Source: Lama guanicoe
Lineage: Eukaryota
Direction of reading: 5' to 3'
Assembly (NCBI GenBank): GCA_013239625.1
Contig: MU053994.1
Span: 1,739,775 to 1,803,774, forward strand
DNA: 64,000 nt
Below the pieces are notes generated by a model. That model did no database searches. It had not been told where the DNA came from and saw only the letters and a list, made by a program, of their open reading frames with translations. Positions 23,070 through 35,849 of the stretch are shown one piece after another (the first letter of the stretch is position 1; the number at the start of each line of letters is the position of its first letter). The position numbers and the translations under genes were made by a program.

Positions 23070-23426
23070 GAACCAAGAGATGCAGCCACTGGAGTTTTTT
23101 CGTGTGACTGCTTGGATTAAGATGGATCCCACAGAACTGGGATGGAGCAGTGTTTTTCAGCTACATGCATGCTAATGAGTTCACAGAAAAATCCGTCCAT
23201 AAAGGCATGGAGAAGAATGGGAAAGATAAGTAGGGAAAAGAAGAAATAAAAGAACATGTGGCCACAAGAAGGAGGAGAGGTCAGCATCCCTGGACCCTAA
23301 TGGCTTGTTTGCAATGCCAGTGCCCAAACCACTGTTCCTTGTCCCATAAGACGCCCCACGTCCTTTCCATTGAGCCAATATAAGTAGGCTTCTGTTCCAT
23401 CCAATCAAAAAGCTTTGACTAAGGCC
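23070..23426 (+). mobile_element. MaLR LTR 3' part (old MLT1)
   Basis: Ends GTAGGCTTCTGTTCCATCCAATCAAAAAGCTTTGACTAAGGC. Confidence 0.45.
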
Positions 23427-23711
23427 ACTTATGAAATCTTCTGTCAACATCTCAAATTTGTTTTGCTCGTGCTCATAATCTGTGCACAGGTGTATGAATT
23501 TCTAAGGCAATAGGACTGTTCCCGTCACCCTTCTCAATCACTTGCTCCAATTAACTCTACAAGGCATTCCTCCCTCACTCTCACTCCTTCTATTTCCCTT
23601 CAGTTCAGATCAGCACGCCTCACTGCAACATAATTCTTCTCTGTCTTTATGAGAGGTGTTGCCTCTACTGAGGCACTTCAGCCCAGAGTGACAGCACCCA
23701 AGAGCAGTCTG

Positions 23712-24213
23712 GTACCAGTTCTGATATGGGGGAGGGACTTTTCCCCCACACCATCAAGCAGTTCTTTGGACACCAGCAAAGCCTCCCACAATTTAACTCA
23801 ATTCTGACACTACCTACCCAGAGATAGTGTCATATCACACAGGTTAAGAGCTCAGTTCTACAAGACTTCCCCGCCCCACACTTCAGATGTTAGTTGAAAG
23901 TCCAGGTTGTCACCCGTGCTTCTGACCAACCGGTTATAGATCTGAGGTTCCAACTCCCATTCTTGGATTGGGATTAGTTTGCTACAGTGGTTTACAGAAC
24001 TCAGAGAAACATTTTACTTACTAGATCACTGGTTGATTATAGAGGATATGACTCAGGAACAGGCAGATGGAAGAGATGCAGAGGACAAGGTGTGGGGAAA
24101 GGGCATGGAGCTTCCATCCCTTTCCGGGTCCACCACTCTTCCCAAATCTCCACAAGTTTACTAACCTGGAAGCTCTCCAAACCCTATCCTTTTGGGTGTT
24201 CACAGGGGCTTCG

Positions 24214-24251
<38 letters not shown>

Positions 24252-24685
24252 ACCATGATTGATGAAATCATTGGCCACTGGTGATTGGTTCAACTTCCAG
24301 CCCCTCCCCCCTCTCTTGAGGTCAGGGGGTGGGACTGAAAGTTCTAATCCCCAATCACATGGTTGGATCCCCTTGCAGCCTCCATCCTTAGGAGCTTTCC
24401 AAAAGTCACTTTATTAACATAAACCCAGCTGTGGTGGAAAGGGGCTTGTTATGAATAACAAAACACCCATTTCACCTTTATGGCTCTGAAGGGATTTCAG
24501 GAACTGAGGACCAGAGACCAAATATTATAACAAAAGATTCTTCCATTGCTCTTATCACTCAGGAAATTCCAAGGGTTTGGGGAGCTGTGAGCCAGCAACC
24601 GTGGACAAAGACCAATTATATATGAGAAGTATATTTTGGTCATCTGAATGATGAAATACCTATTTCTTATAAATCACAATATCCA
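23712..24685 (-). mobile_element. MER21-like LTR, with internal (CA)n at 24216-24252
   Basis: CAATTCTGACACTACCTACC...GTGCTTCTGACCAACCGG...CAGATGGAAGAGATGCA...TTTCTTATAAATCACAATATCCA. Confidence 0.75.
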
Positions 24686-25991
24686 AGCACCTTAAGCCAA
24701 GATCCTCACCACATTATGTATTGTCTGTGAGAAATCCACTACCGACCCTGAACCTGGAATTCTTCCACAGCCTGAGCTAAGAGTCAGTTTCCCATTGCCT
24801 CTTTGCAGCAAGTTGTGTTCCAGGCCAGCTGAAGACATGGTCTTTAGATGCCATGTTGGCACGTGGTTAGCCAGACCCCAGGAGAACCGGAGAGAGTCAC
24901 AGAGTTTCCCGCGGGCTCTTTACTATGTTGGTTTGATGGATCCTGGGACTCAGAAAAGCAAAGGCCAAACTCTGTAGCCTATGGTCTGGCTTCTCAGGCC
25001 CTGGTAACCAGCCTCATGCCTGAATAGAGCTAAATGCCAACTCTCCAGGGCCCAGGTCTTTTCATTCTGGTTAAAGATCCTCATCTCCCAGTTCAGACAC
25101 TCTGATACTAGTTTTCATTCAAACTCTGTTCAGTGGGTCTGTCTGAGCTGGGAGCCCTCAATGAAATCAGATTTTTGTGGTGCTTTATTTTTCCAATTTG
25201 CAAATACCACGCTATGGTAATTCACCATCTTTTATTTAGCCAGAAATTCTGCCTTAGCAGCGTTTAATTAAGGCATTACCTTAGGAGTTTCAAATATCTC
25301 TTGGAAGTCAGTGAGAAATTAATACAAAACTAAATAAATAAACATTTTCTTTCTTTAAAGCCAATATTTTTGACGTGCAGCAAATGCTTACCAGATTAAA
25401 AACTCAATTCACTGGCGCCTACGCTGATGAAAATCCTGAAGTAATGAGATGTATTTTGGACACTGAGCTTTTAAGAAAATAAAAAATACAAATGAAACAC
25501 ACAGCACAGTTCCTTGAGCTAGGCTGGTGTTCTTGAGTCATTTGGTGATGGACTTAATTTTTTTAATTTTAGTATGTTTTCAGTTATAAAATTAGCAGGT
25601 GATCAAGGTAAAAAAATATTCAAAATATAAACAACAAATAAAAGCACTTCCTACCCCATCCCCACCTCTAGTCCCAGGCCCAGAGATAGCCTCAATGAAC
25701 AGTTTCTTCAGCATTTTTCTAGAATTTTCCATGTATATACAAGGATCCATACAGCATAAATTTAATCTAGTAGAATCATACTTAGCATACTATTCTAGCA
25801 TTTGCATTTTAAATATAATAATATGTAGATGAGCTATAAAAAAAAAGAAAGAAAGTATATTCTGGATTAGGTATAAATTCAGCCTCTGTCTTTTCAATCT
25901 ATAGTTCTAGATGGAAAGAATTGATGTTTAATCTATGAGCCCGAGAATTACAAAATGCCAATTCACCACACGTCCCGTTATGTTTAGGATC

Positions 25992-26392
25992 CTGTTGCAG
26001 TTAGCTTTTTCTGCATAACAAACAACTCCATAATCCAGTAGCTTAAAACAACCATCGTTTCTTTAGCTCCAGAGTCAGTGGACTAGCGATTTGGGCTGGG
26101 CTTGATGGAGTAGTTCCGCTGCTCTCAGGCGGGCTGACTCACACATCTGTGGTCAGCTGTCAGGTCAGCTGAGGTCATGGGGGTGACTCGGCCACAGGTC
26201 TGCCCTCATCCAGCAGGCTAGCCCGGGGCTTACTCACGTGGTGGGAGTGGCAGGGCCCTCAAGAGTGCGAGAGGGTGAGCCCCAGTGCACAAGCACTTCG
26301 TAAACCTCAAGGTCAGAGTCAAGAGGTGGAGAAAGGGTCTCTACCTCTTGACGGGAGGGAAAGAATTTGTGGCCATCTTTGCAATCTACTAC
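25992..26392 (-). mobile_element. MaLR LTR (MLT1H/I-like)
   Basis: TGCATAACAAACAACTCC...GCTTAAAACAACC...GGCCATCTTTGCAATCTACTACA. Confidence 0.75.
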
Positions 26393-28461
26393 ATCTATAT
26401 ATATATGGGGGTAGGGGAGAGGCAAGACCTCATTTAAAACAAGAAATGCCAATTAACCAAAATCTCACCCCCCAACCTTAAAGTTTTGAATTTTTCAAGT
26501 GTTATATGACAGGTAGGAATAAGGAGGTAGCTTGGGATTCAGAGCTAGTCCAGTGTGGCACCAGAGTGAGCTGTGTTCGGGTTTATGCCAGCCACTGTGG
26601 ATGACGGACACATTAGAAATGGGAAAGGTGGCAAAGTGCCGAAGTCTTCTAGTAGTTTCGTCCCGATGATGTCCACAGAGGAAGGGGTATGGTAAACAGA
26701 GACCAGCTAGAAACAGCACCGACAGGCCACTTTCTTTTGAGATTTGGTCATCTGGTTGATAATTAGAAAAGAACCCCATGGTGATGGTATAATATCTTGA
26801 AATAATAACAGAATTTTCTTTCCTACATTTTTCCTCTTGCCTCTGCAAGCCTTGGGTGCGTGACGTCAGTGGCATTCATGAGGGTGCGGGGGCGGGGGGA
26901 GTGAGGGGTGAGACTACAGCCAAAAACAAAGAAGCCATTTGAGTTTCAGCACAGATTTTTAGAAAACTGAGAGCAGAGGCCAAAGTTTGGAAGACAGGGC
27001 TTTCAATGACTAGCACAGAGCTCTTGAGAGAGCAAAGTTTTCTGTGTGCCAAGAGTAAGGCGCTAAGGAGCCTGGAACAGACACCGGAGCTGCAAATAAC
27101 AGAGAAAGACAGAAGGCATGTTCTGACCTCAGAGTAGATCCCAGTTAGGCCAGCTGGCCAGGCAAGAGGACTGGAGGGGAGGAGATTCGAGCTTGGATGC
27201 CAGTGAGTCCATTATCAGAAGGAATCCCCGAGCTCATCCCCAACTAAGCCTGTCTGATCCCTGGGACCAGGACAAGAGGAGCACTGGAGGAAAGGGCAGA
27301 TGAGTTTGGGGGAAGGGCTGAGCGCAGGAGCCTTTCAGAGAAGCCCTATGTCAAGACAAGACAGTGCCTAAGGGGTAGAGTCCGTGTGTTGGGAGTGTGT
27401 CTTGGGGCTTGAAATGGGAATGATCTCAAGGAGATGCTCCCAGCTCAGCTTGGCCCAGACCAGCTGAGAGGCGGCCAAGAAGGCACAGAGGGAATCTGCA
27501 GCCAGACAGGGAAGCTGCCGGGTAATAGCATGGACCCTGCGAGCTGCGTGCAGAAAGGATACAGACGTGTTCCATGCACAAGCGATGGGGTAGGTGCTAA
27601 TGACCAAATAGGCATGGAGCCCAAACCTTGGCCAACAACCAGAGCAGGACAGAAACCAGCCTCTTGCAAGAGACCTCACTCCCATGCCAGGACCACGGTC
27701 AGCCCACCAGAGCTTAGAAGCACTGGAAGCTGGGGGCAAGACCCTGAACTGGCTGAGCTTTTTTTTTTTTAGGGTGAGGTTTTTTTTTTAACAATCTCTA
27801 ATTCATTCTGTTTATGTGGAGGCAGAGATCAAATTTTCTGCAATTTGGTAAATTGGAGTGCCAGGCCAATTTCAGTTCAGTTTCATAGAAATAAAAGATG
27901 TTACACACATAACTTGGTGATTGTGAAATTTGTACTAGCATCCCTTCATTTTCTAATCCCCCATCTACAATCAGACTTGAGCGAGGGCCCATTTGCTAAT
28001 TCCTAGGGGATAAACAGATATTTACTAACTATAATTATAAATAATTGAAAGTCATTCTGATCACTAACATGTTGAGCATGTTTGTCCATTGCTTCAAGAA
28101 GAACGCTCATGTGTTCCTCATACTGTCTTATCAGTATCCTTATACTCCAGGCAGAATCTAGCATCTTGTACTTTGGGGTAATGACCCACTCAGCAGGACC
28201 CTGGAGACCAGATGGCCAGAGCAAAGCGGGAACTCAGGAGTGAGGCAGGTTAAGAGCTGTGTGGCAGAGCTTACATGCCGTATCCAAGTGCAATGGGTTT
28301 GCTGGTGGAGGGGGGTATCTGCAGTTCTCCATCATTCACATCATGGCTGCCTTCCCAGCATGCACAGGGACAGTCAGGAGTCAGCTGTTCTCACACCGCC
28401 ATTGGATCTCATTTGCACATCACAGCCAGATTTACTTGGTCTCCTGTCCCTCTGAATTGGG

Positions 28462-28903
28462 TAGGAGGATTAGGATTGGGTTTCCTGTAAGCGAAAGCCA
28501 ACATGATACATAGGTGGAATATTGTTTCTTGCCAACATAAAATAAACCCTTAATAGTCATTGCATGACTGGTGTGACACGCCATGCGGTCAGGGACTCAG
28601 GTTACTTCTATTTTATTACTTTGCCACGAACGGCTTCCAATGTCACTTCAGGATCAAAGATGTGCAACCAGAAGGGATGAAGAAGTTTGCATCTCATCCC
28701 TCAAAGGACATTCCCTGGAAGTTACACACACTGTTTTACTTAAATCCCATTGGCTAAAACATGATCACATGGCCACATCCAGCTGCAAGGGAAGCTGGGA
28801 AATGCAGTCTTTATTCTGAGGAGCCATGTACCCCACTAAAGTCAGGGTTACCATGACTGAGGGAGAAGAGAACAGATGCTGGGGGATAAGTACTGTTTGC
28901 CAC
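28462..28903 (-). mobile_element. MaLR LTR (MLT1J-like)
   Basis: CCCATTGGCTAAAACATGATCACATGGCCACATCCAGCTGCAAGGGAAGCTGGGAAATGCAGTCTTT. Confidence 0.75.
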
Positions 28904-29274
28904 AGTCCCCAAGGCAAGGCAACTCCTCAGGCATCTCTAAGGAGCCATTATAGTCTGCAAAAGTATTTGAAAACCAATGCCCATGGGGAAAAAAAAAATC
29001 CCAGTATTTTTATCTTTGTATCCAAGATCCCTCCTAACATGAAGCTAACTTCCTTTTCTGGCCTCATCTTCCATGGTCCCCCTTATGAGCCTTCCATGCC
29101 TATCTGAAGACTCTGTACCCACCCATGTTCCCACTCACCCTCATCTGGGAACCTTACTCATTCTGAGCTCTCAGACTGGAATGGCATTGTCCCATCTCCA
29201 CTCTAAATCCTACCTGTCCTTTATGTAATCATAACAGGCATTCCACAAAGTCTCTTCCCATCCCTGAGACAAGA

Positions 29275-30710
29275 TAGAGAAATGGACGCTGGATTGATTA
29301 AATTAGATAAATTTCTAATGTTTAAAATACCAGACCCAAAGAATGCAAAATAATGGGCTGCTGGCAACGCAGAAGACAGCCTCTGACAGTGAGACATGGA
29401 GCTGTATTTATTTTCAACAAGTCAATTCATCATTGCTATCATTGACACCAATAAGAACCCTGGTGACATCATGATGAAATTTGCAGATAGTATAAGCCTT
29501 GAAAGAAGAAGGGGTATGAATTCTATCCTACTTAAGTATTTGGGGGCCCTGATTCTATCTAGATAAAAATTTGAGAGGAATGACTGTAACGTCCTGCCTT
29601 TGGGTCTAAAAGGCCAATGGCACAGGTCAAGAGCTTGGCAGGCATGTGGAAAAAAACTTTCAGTTTCTACTTGACAGCAGGTGCAGTATAAGCCTTCAGT
29701 AAGGCTGCCTGAAAAGGTGGTTGAATCTTAAGTCAAATTGATAGAAACATGGTGTCCAGAAAAATAGAGGGCATAACCTGGCTCTGCTTTGATCTGATCA
29801 GATCAAATGTACAGTAGACTGTGTTAATGGCCCCAGTTCTCCAGCCCTCCCATTGTCCATGGCCTCTGCCACGTCACTTTAAAGTTCCTCCCACAAAAGA
29901 GCCAGAGTGTCCCTCCTCCCTTGCTTTTAGGTTTGGTCACATGACTTGTCTTCTTAGCAGGCTTGACATGGCCAAAGATTTGAAAAACACTTGTACAATT
30001 GGACTTGTTCTTCCGCATCTACCATCTCTATGAGAAGAACATTCTGGTTGCAGGAGGGGGTGAGAGACACATGACACAGACTGAATGGCCCCAGCTAAGC
30101 CTGGCCTAAATCAGCTGACCCCAGAAATCTAAGTGAGTCCAGTCAAGATCAGCAAGATTGCCTAGCCAAGCCCAACCTAAGTGAGCTGGGCTTCAGCCGA
30201 TCCAGAGCCTCACAATCTAAATAAATACATATTATACACTGCTGGGATTTTTGTAGTTGGTTGTTACACAGCACAAGCTATCTAAAACAAAAACTGTGCG
30301 CAGTTCTGAGAATCGTCCTTGATGAGGGACGTCGACAAACTAGGAGGGCAGTGGGAATCATGAAAGGTCACAAGGAACAGTTGATGACATGGATATCATT
30401 TATGCTGAAAAAGAGGAGACGTATGGAGAACATGAACATGGCCACCAAATACGTGAAAAGCTGTCATACAAAGAGGGGTTGGAGTTCCTCTTCATAACAC
30501 TTAGAGTCCTAAGACCGGTTAAGAAAAAAAGCATGAAGGTGGAGCCCACCATTCGAGCTGTCTGGGATTGGAACCAGTTTTCAGAAGTCCTGAGTTCCTC
30601 TTTGCTGAAACATTCAAGTAGAGGCAGCAGAACCCCTTGGCAGGTTCCTTATGGAGGACACTTGACAGTAGAGAGACCTCTGAGGGTGCTTCCAATCTTG
30701 CAGGACTTTG
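29275..30710 (+). mobile_element. CR1/L3 LINE relic (RT to 3' end), split by MLT1
   Basis: ACCCAAAGAATG..AATGGG (TQRV.ING-like); ATGAAATTTGCAGAT (KFAD); after the LTR, TGTGCGCAGTTCTG..GACGTCGACAAACT and an L3-like end GAGACCTCTGAGGGTGCTTCCAATC. Confidence 0.75.
29808..30289 (+). mobile_element. MaLR LTR (MLT1H-like) inserted in L3
   Basis: TGT...AATGGCCCCAGTTCTCC...GTTTGGTCACATGACTTG...TTGGTTGTTACACAGCA..AACA. Confidence 0.75.
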
Positions 30711-31369
30711 AGAGCACCACCTGGCCCAAAAGCCTTTGTTGCACTGCTGTCATCGCTAGGGTGTTTTTCATGCCACCATCATTCTCCCTGCTGGTCCCTG
30801 GCTTCCTGTCTGCTACCTAGCACCCCTCCCCGGCCCTCTCTTAGGCTGCTTCACTTCCTCATCAGCACCTCTCTCCACTGCCGCATCTGAGGTTTATGTT
30901 CTCAGTTTCAATGATGAAAGCAGACCACTACACCTGGGGACGCATCAGGGAGCGGTTCCTGTGGTTTTCCTGGGTCTGTATTCACAGCAGAGAGGACCCC
31001 GGCTTTGTGTGAGCCTGTCTCCCACTGTCTACAGAGTAATGTTCTTCCCCCACCCTTGGTCAGCCAGAAGCTTCACATCAGGCCTTCCTTCCTTAATCAA
31101 AACCTGGCTGAGAAAGACTTTCTAACATTAGTGCTGTACAATTTAGCATGAATTGAAGCCCGGGTCCTCCCCGCTTCGCAGGAACACTGGGATTTGAAGT
31201 GCTGTCGCTTGCTGTGGAAGGAAGTGTGGTCGACCTCGCGTCCTGTTCAAGGACTTTAGAATAGCCTCGTGCTGGTTTTCCTCTGGGAGCCAGCCTCACC
31301 TGGGCTCTTCCAGCCCCTGTCTTTAAATCCATAAATAAGGACTTAAATAGAGCGGGACACTTCATGTGT

Positions 31370-31900
31370 GAGATACTGCCTCTGACATCGGCCCAAACAA
31401 GCAGCTGAAACAGAAAGGATTAGTCAACAATCTGATATTTCCAAGTAATCCCACCTACTCAGTGGTCAGTAGAAATTGTTTTCAGTCTTGGGTCTTTTCA
31501 AAGGTCACTTTTTTCAAAATACAGTAACAGCGGGGGGGAAAGTCAGGGTAAAGAGACCAACTTAGTGCCCCAAATCAGCAGCGCAGTTCCTGCCAAGCGT
31601 GTGTCGGTGAGAAGCAAAGACCAATGGTCACGGGCAAGAGTGTGGCCCCGGCTTGTCAGAGCAATTGATTGACTGCTCGCAATATTGCAGGTGATTTAAA
31701 GAGTTCCCCGCCACCTTGTTTGTTTAATGTCACCTCCATATGAGAATGTCAGCCTCTGACATGTTTGACTTCTCCACAGGACAAATGCCAAGCCACGTGC
31801 GTTTGTCCCACCGACACAGATTGTTCGTTACTCTCCGTAACCACGATGATGACAATTTCTAAATGCTTAATTTAAAAGAAGCACTAACAAATCCTTGGTC
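31370..31900. promoter_or_regulatory. Candidate enhancer rich in TALE-homeodomain and forkhead motifs
   Basis: Repeat-free; TGATTGACTG 31666, TGTTTGTTT 31717, inverted pair ATGTCAG-cct-CTGACAT 31746-31762, CACGTG 31794, AAAGGTCA 31500. Confidence 0.45.
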
Positions 31901-32746
31901 CTCTCCTGATCGGTGGCATAACGTGATTCTGGCATCGGGCTGAGAAAGCCTATCGCATTTGCTTTTCTTATCTCTATGTCTCTATCTTACAAATCCTCGT
32001 CACACTCAGTGCTCCTGGGGAGCCGCTGCTCCCAGAGGGAGTGGGAGGCTGGTGGGGGCAGGGAGCGGGTGCAGAGTCGGAGCTGAGACTGTCTGGGGCC
32101 AGAGGCCAAACTTGGCCAGCCCAAGACAAACATAGACTGGAGATAAAAGAGGGAAAGCGGGAAACACAGCCAGAGCCGGCAGAGACAACAGCGATGGAGA
32201 ATAAACAGCACAGGGGACTGGGAAAGCGAAGGTCTGTGCTGCAGGCGGGGGCGCGGGGAGGGATGCGGTGGAGGAGGGGATGCAGGGAGGAAGGCAGAGA
32301 GGCTTAGGATGCAAAGAGAAGGGGAGTGAGAAATAGACAACACAGAGAAAGATGGGGACCAGAAGCCCAGCACGGAAGTGGGGAAGAGTCTGGAAGACAA
32401 AAAGAGAGACAAAAGGGAAGGAAAGGGGAAAGACTATGAGGGAGAAAATAGACGGAGGGAGAGGAAGAGGAAGGGAAAAGTGGGGGCAGTGACCCCCACA
32501 GAAGGACTGCCTGAGCATTTAGCATCCATTGAATACCCAGCCACAGACACACTGCCTATTTTTCACGGGGAAAAAAAAATCGAACCTAGTCTGGTATGTT
32601 GTTGAAACAAAAGAAGTTTTTTGGCACTTTTAGAACAGATGTGAGAAGAAATTAAGTTCAGATTTAAATTCAAGAGAGTTTTTTTTTAATGTAATATGTT
32701 CAAACTCTGATGTCAAAAAACAAAAGTTCTTTGTGTATGTCTAGAC

Positions 32747-32970
32747 GAGTGGTTCTTGACTGGGGGTGGATTTTGCTCCCCAGGGGACACTGATCATGTC
32801 TGGAGACACTTGTGTTTGTCACAACTGGTGGTGGGGCAGTGTTGGGGGCTGCTGGCATTGAGCAGGTAGAGGCCAGGATGCTGCTAAACTACCTGCAATG
32901 CACAGGACAGTCCCCACAACAACAACAAAAAAATCTGGCCGCCACCAGCAGCAGTGTTGAGGTTAAGAAC
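32747..32970. mobile_element. MER20 (hAT-Charlie)
   Basis: GATTTTGCTCCCCAGGGGACA...TGTCTGGAGACA...GTAGAGGCCAGGATGCTGCTAAAC...ATGCACAGGACAGTCCCCACAACA. Confidence 0.9.
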
Positions 32971-33235
32971 AGACCGGCAGCATCCACATGAGCTGTGACC
33001 TAGTACGTAAGGCAGATTTGCAGGCCCACCCTGGACTTCTGAAATCAGAAAGTCTGGGGGGCCACCAGTACCCTGTGTTTTAACCAGCCCTCCATGCAAT
33101 TCTGATTTTTTTTTTAATGGAGGTACTGGGGATTGAACCCAGGACCTCGTGTATGCTAAGCTTGCACTCTACCACTGAGCTCTACCCTCCCCTCTCCCTG
33201 GGATTCTGATGCCCACTGAAGGTTTAAGAACTCTG
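32971..33235. mobile_element. MER5-like element interrupted by SINE
   Basis: GCAGATTTGCAGGCCCACCC..GAAATCAGAAAGTCTGGGG..TGTGTTTTAACCAGCCCTCCA..ATTCTGATGC..GTTTAAGAACTCTG. Confidence 0.7.
33106..33192 (-). mobile_element. tRNA-derived camelid-type SINE (short form)
   Basis: T10-AATGGAGGTACTGGGGATTGAACCCAGGACCTCGTGTATGCTAAGC..CTACCACTGAGCTCTACCCTCCCC; imperfect TSD CTCCATGCAATTCTGAT / CTCCCTGGGATTCTGAT. Confidence 0.88.
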
Positions 33236-33242
33236 CTCTAGA

Positions 33243-33430
33243 ACTACACTCTCCAATAAACTAGTCATGAATATGTAATTAATTAAATTAACAGAAACAA
33301 ACTAAAATTTACAATTCAGTGCCTCAGTCCCACTAAGGCAATTTCAAGTGTTCAGTAGCTCTATGTGGCTAGTGGCTGCCATATTGGACAATGCAGACGC
33401 AGGCTATTCCTCTCACCACAGAAAGTTCTA
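33243..33430. mobile_element. MER3/MER33-like hAT MITE
   Basis: ATTCAGTGCCTCAGTCCCACTA..ATTTCAAGTGTTCAGTAGCTCTATGTGGCTAGTGGCTGCCATATTGGACA..CAGAAAGTTCTA. Confidence 0.75.
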
Positions 33431-33589
33431 GAGTTTTGCTCAGCAAGCTTTTCTCACGGACATGAAAAAGCTGACAAAGACGTAGGCTGAGGAAGAAGGT
33501 TTCTTACCACATCATCTCTACACAGAAGCATTCTCAAGCTGAACTGCAGAAAAGATAGGACCATGTAGGGTGATTGAAAGAGCCTTGGA

Positions 33590-33800
33590 CTGAGGCCAAG
33601 AGGACAAGATTTGAATCTCAGTGTCATTTTTACAAACGTGCGACACTGGATAAGCCACCTGCCACACGTGAGCTTCAGTTCTGCATCTGTACAATGGGGC
33701 AGTGCACTATCCCTGCCTGGCGGATCAGTCAGGGTAAAGAATATTAGATGCTTTAACAAACACTCTCTAAATGTCCCTGGCACAGCTCAATAAAAGGTTT
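33590..33800 (+). mobile_element. MIR SINE
   Basis: TGAGCTTCAGTTCTGCATCTGTACAATGGGG core; CCTGGCACAGCTCAATAAA end. Confidence 0.7.
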
Positions 33801-33828
33801 GTCATGCCTTCACCTTAGGATCATGGTG

Positions 33829-34308
33829 CCGGGATTTCTGCCCATTGGTGCCGTGGGCTCCTTTGCCAGTCTGGTGAAGTCTATGGGCTGCTTCTCAGAA
33901 GAAGGTTTGTAAATGCATGAAATAAAATAAAATTACAAAGAAAACCAATTACATTGAAATGTAGTTATCAAAATAAAAAAAACACAGTTGTGATATGTAA
34001 TATATATGCTTCTTTATTAATGCAGTAATTAATAAGATAGAGTGGCAGGTCTAATAACTGCTGCAATTTCAAAGAAATGATAAGTGAAAATTATATTTTG
34101 CAATACGCGTACCAACGGTAATATGATATGAAATGTCTATGGTTTCCATTGGAGACAAGGTCTCAGGTACCACTAATACCACCATGGTTTGTTGCCTACG
34201 TTCATAATTGAAGGAAATGCTAAATCTCATTAGAAAGTTAATGGAGATAAAGATGTGATTTTTTTTTTTCCCATCCAAGTTCACAGCCTGACAGGTTTGG
34301 AACCTCTG
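33829..34308. mobile_element. hAT-Charlie element (MER119-like)
   Basis: CCTTTGCCAGTCTGGTGAAGTCTATGG..TTCTCAGAA..TTACAAAGAAAACCAATTACATTGAAAT..CCATCCAAGTTCACAG. Confidence 0.7.
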
Positions 34309-34914
34309 GTGCTGTGGCTGCACCGTCCCCCAAGAGCTTCTGTTCCTCCCGATGACTTCCTCTCGCCGCTGGTAAATGCTAAGTAAATACAGAATGAGGG
34401 GAGGGTAACAAGGGACATCTTAGGGAGCAGGCCTGGAAGTGGCAGTGTGCGTGTCACTCTGGTGTTGCTCTGTTGGCCAGAGCCACACCCATCTAGATGC
34501 CAAGGGTGCTGAGAAGTGGCACCTGGCCCTGTGCCAGGAAAGAGGGCCCCTGAGGCAGGCGGGCGTGTGGGGGTCCCGTGTCATCTACTCAAAGGTCAGA
34601 TAAGAAAATGGATATGAAAGCACTCTATCAAACCAGAAAAGAGTTTGCTTTTCAGAAGGCAAACTCATTATGAGAACTGAAAACAATATGATGGGGGGCT
34701 TCCTCCTCCAGCAGAGTGGGACAGACCAGTGCTGGGAAGAGTTTAAGTGTGATTCCAAGAAGTGAGATCTCAGCTCTAACACCAAGGTAGCTTCTGCCTC
34801 TTCCCACCCCCGCCCCACTCCCCAAACCCTCACAGAAGTTCCAGGACTTCAGGCCTGCTTGTGGCCCACCTCCCTTGGTCATTCAAATCCAGGCCTGGCA
34901 GGCCCCCAGGAGGG

Positions 34915-35340
34915 AGGTAACAAAATTAAAAATAGCCTCTCCTCCAAGGAAAAAAATTAAAAATAGATCCCAACCCTCATGAAAATTTGGGTGGAAAGAA
35001 AGGAAAGGAAAACAAAATGAATCATCTTTATGTGTTTTGCTGAGCGAGAGCCTGTTGCCATGGCTACGGGGCCCGGTGTGCAGGCCTGGTCTTTTCCAGC
35101 AAGTTCAAGGCCCGCCGAGGTGCCAATGGGGGCAGCCCCATCACTAATATGTCATAGCCATTGGATCTGTGATCCCCCAACGCCATCGATGCCACCAAGC
35201 AGGTTGTATTATCGTGACTGTGGTAGTTAATTTAGTGTTTCCTTCCATTGTGATCCGTCTATCACTGCAATTGAGCAAACGAGCGGACTTGTGTAGGTCT
35301 CCTGAGAGTTTAGGGAAATCTAGCCTGGCTTTGCAATCTA
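34915..35340. promoter_or_regulatory. Candidate enhancer: two MEF2 sites and a near-perfect RFX X-box
   Basis: TTAAAAATAG at 34926 and 34957; GTTGCCATGGCTAC at 35054-35067. Confidence 0.45.
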
Positions 35341-35849
35341 GACAGTCAGGAGAGGTTATGCGAACTTGTGGAGGAATCAGGTCTTAAACCACAGAGTGGG
35401 AAAGTCAGTGTTCCAGCCAGCCACTGCCTGCCTTCCTGGTGGGCTCGCTGGCATGTACGTGAAAGTCCCCAAGAAGGCAAGGAAAGAGAAGAGGATGGAT
35501 CAGCCGGCCCCATGGCCTTGGTGGCTGGTGAAACACATGGGATCGTGGCCAGATCCCTCTGGCAGGTGGTCGGGATTAGGAAGGGTGAGATGGATGAGGT
35601 CCCGTCTCAGAACTGGAGTTTGAAGCCTTACCCCAAACTGGAGAAGACAGCTTAGGGCTTTGGTGAGGCCTTGTGTCTCATACCCACCTTTCTAAAACAA
35701 CAGCAATCTGTCTTTCAGAAAACACAATATGTTAAAAATCTAAATTTACAAAATAAATAACTAAGTTGGAGGTGAGAGGAGAAGGAGACTCATTTCATAA
35801 AGAATTCTTCACTTTAAAATAATTGGCCTGGAAATGTTCCACGTGGGAG

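Noticed and set aside
31987..32552. Several overlapping Ser/Leu/Pro/Phe-rich ORFs
   Set aside because: Antisense reading of a GA-rich low-complexity tract
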